Of a stretch of DNA of 26,088 nucleotides, positions 24,666 to 26,088 are shown one piece after another. This stretch comes from a virus (lineage: Duplodnaviria > Caudoviricetes), in IMG/VR virus record IMGVR_UViG_3300017785_002555, positions 1-26,088 of that record; one strand, 5' to 3'. The position numbers and the translations under genes are program-made. The notes below the pieces were generated by a model that was not told the DNA's origin, ran no database searches, and saw nothing but the letters and a program-made list of their open reading frames with translations. Every line of letters starts with the position of its first letter. The first letter of the stretch is position 1.

Positions 24666-26088
24666 ATGACTATCAGTTCCAATATTCGAAAAGCCGGGCC
24701 ATTTGTCGGGAATGGCACAGCTTCTAATTTTTCATTTACTTTTAAGGTATTTCAGGCCGCTGATCTTGAAGTTGTGCGGCTTAATGTATCTACGAGTGTT
24801 GAAACCGTTCTGGTTATCAATTCAGATTACACAGTCAGTCTAAACGCAGATCAAAATTCAAATCCCGGCGGCAGCATTACTTTGACTGCTGGCGCTCTTG
24901 CTGCTGGTTTTAATCTGGTAATCACATCGGATATTGAAAACCTACAGCCAACTGATATCGTTAATCAGGGTGGCTTTTATCCTGATGTCATTGAAGATGC
25001 GCTGGACCGCGCAACAATTCAGATTCAGCAATTGCAAGAAGCTGTTGATCGTTCGGCCAAATTGCCAATCACAAGTTCTGCTGATGCTGATGCTTTAGTT
25101 GCAGACATTGTTGTGCTTGCTGACAATCAAACAAACATTGACATTGTTGCAACAAATATTGACGATGTAAATACAACGGCTACAAATATTGCTGCAATTA
25201 TTGCTGCGCCAACTCAGGCCAGTAACGCTGCTGCAAGTGCATTGGCTGCTTCAGGATCTGCATCTGCTGCTGCGGCAAGCGAATCTGCTGCGGCTGCATC
25301 TGCAGCTGCGGCGGCTGCATCATTAGATAATTTTGATGACCGCTATCTTGGTGCTAAATCATCTGATCCTACAGTTGACAATGATGGTAACCCGCTGGTT
25401 GTAGGTGCGTTGTACTACCGTACCACTACGCCGATTGGCATGAAAGTCTATGACGGTTCGCAGTGGCTTGAGGCTTCTGCTGCCCAGCAGGCTGCATTAG
25501 TGACTTATGAGTATGTGGCAACTGCAGGCCAAACCACATTTTCTGGCGCTGATGCAAACGCTTTAACGCTTTCATATATTGCTGGAGGATTAATTGTAAG
25601 CTTGAATGGCGTGGTGTTAAAGTCGGGCGATGATTACACTGCAACAAACGGCACAAGCATTGTTTTATCAGTTGCTGCATCTTTAAATGATGAATTAAAT
25701 GCTTATGCATTTTCAAGTTTTAACATCGCCAATACTTATACGCAGGCACAATCTGACGCAAGATATGCCCAAGTAGCGGCAAACAATACGTTTACAGCAG
25801 CCCAGCGCGGTGCAGTCTCAGCTCTTACAGACGGTGCGACCATCACACCCAACTTTGCTACGGCAAACAACTTCAGCGTGACGCTGGGTGGCAACCGGAC
25901 GCTGGCTAACCCAACAAACCTGACCGCAGGACAAAGCGGTGCAATCACCATCACGCAGGACGGCACCGGCAGCAGGACGCTGGCCTATGGCAGCAACTGG
26001 AAATTTAGCAATGGGTCTGCGCCGGTACTGACCACGACTGCGAATGCTGTCGATGTGCTGGTCTACTTTGTCGAGAGCAGCAGCCGCA
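24666..26088 (+). CDS. Tail fibre protein, 3'-truncated (>474 aa; not in ORF track)
   Basis: SD AAGGAG at 24652-24657, ATG at 24666, open to the window end. T7 gp17-like anchor 'MTISSNIRKAGPFVGNGTASNFSFTFKVF...FYPDVIEDALDRATIQIQQL', Ala-rich stalk, 'FDDRYLGAKSSDPTVDNDGN', 'ATAGQTTFSG', 'VTLGGNRTLANPTNLTAGQSG.I.ITQDGTGSRTLAYGS'. Confidence 0.92.
   Translation, partial: MTISSNIRKAGPFVGNGTASNFSFTFKVFQAADLEVVRLNVSTSVETVLVINSDYTVSLNADQNSNPGGSITLTAGALAAGFNLVITSDIENLQPTDIVNQGGFYPDVIEDALDRATIQIQQLQEAVDRSAKLPITSSADADALVADIVVLADNQTNIDIVATNIDDVNTTATNIAAIIAAPTQASNAAASALAASGSASAAAASESAAAASAAAAAASLDNFDDRYLGAKSSDPTVDNDGNPLVVGALYYRTTTPIGMKVYDGSQWLEASAAQQAALVTYEYVATAGQTTFSGADANALTLSYIAGGLIVSLNGVVLKSGDDYTATNGTSIVLSVAASLNDELNAYAFSSFNIANTYTQAQSDARYAQVAANNTFTAAQRGAVSALTDGATITPNFATANNFSVTLGGNRTLANPTNLTAGQSGAITITQDGTGSRTLAYGSNWKFSNGSAPVLTTTANAVDVLVYFVESSSR

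Noticed and set aside
532-25966. Numerous minus-strand and alternative-frame ORFs in the track (e.g. 605-1003, 6162-6770, 18768-19229, 21474-21920, 25426-25716)
   Set aside because: They lie within well-supported plus-strand phage genes and show no recognisable motifs; they are shadow ORFs.
1-26088. DGR, CRISPR array, tRNA, integrase, intron/intein or stop-codon reassignment
   Set aside because: No reverse transcriptase, spaced direct repeats, cloverleaf or recombinase motifs were seen. terL, portal and capsid genes are uninterrupted and of normal length, and the standard code gives dense gene tiling.

Overview
The window is the all-plus-strand DNA-packaging and virion-morphogenesis module of a podovirus-type tailed phage with BPP-1/epsilon15-like gene order, probably infecting a proteobacterium. 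Order: small hypothetical, HTH protein, terminase small and large subunits, GNAT acetyltransferase, small virion protein, portal, accessory capsid genes, Bbp19-like protein, scaffold, major capsid protein, cement protein, terminator, tail adaptor, an inserted unknown gene, tail nozzle, three ejection proteins (250, 634 and 3004 aa), and a tail fibre running off the right edge. The ORF track misses three short ORFs and the tail fibre. Three candidate systems stand out. (1) The 3004-aa ejected protein holds a GC-distinct cargo array (ADP-ribosyltransferase, HhH-GPD DNA glycosylase-like domain, second ART-like domain), each unit bounded by a [FL]-x-Q-[STN] motif and followed by a HExxH zincin, which suggests a self-processing effector polyprotein. 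(2) The scaffold C-terminal peptide (A-x-x-L-Y) recurs on four other small proteins, once as a near-copy over 17 residues, which suggests a capsid cargo-loading tag. (3) A GTGCCCGTA-N16/17-TAnnnT motif occurs at four gene junctions and looks like a phage-specific late promoter. Functional calls come from motif recognition and synteny; no database search was run.
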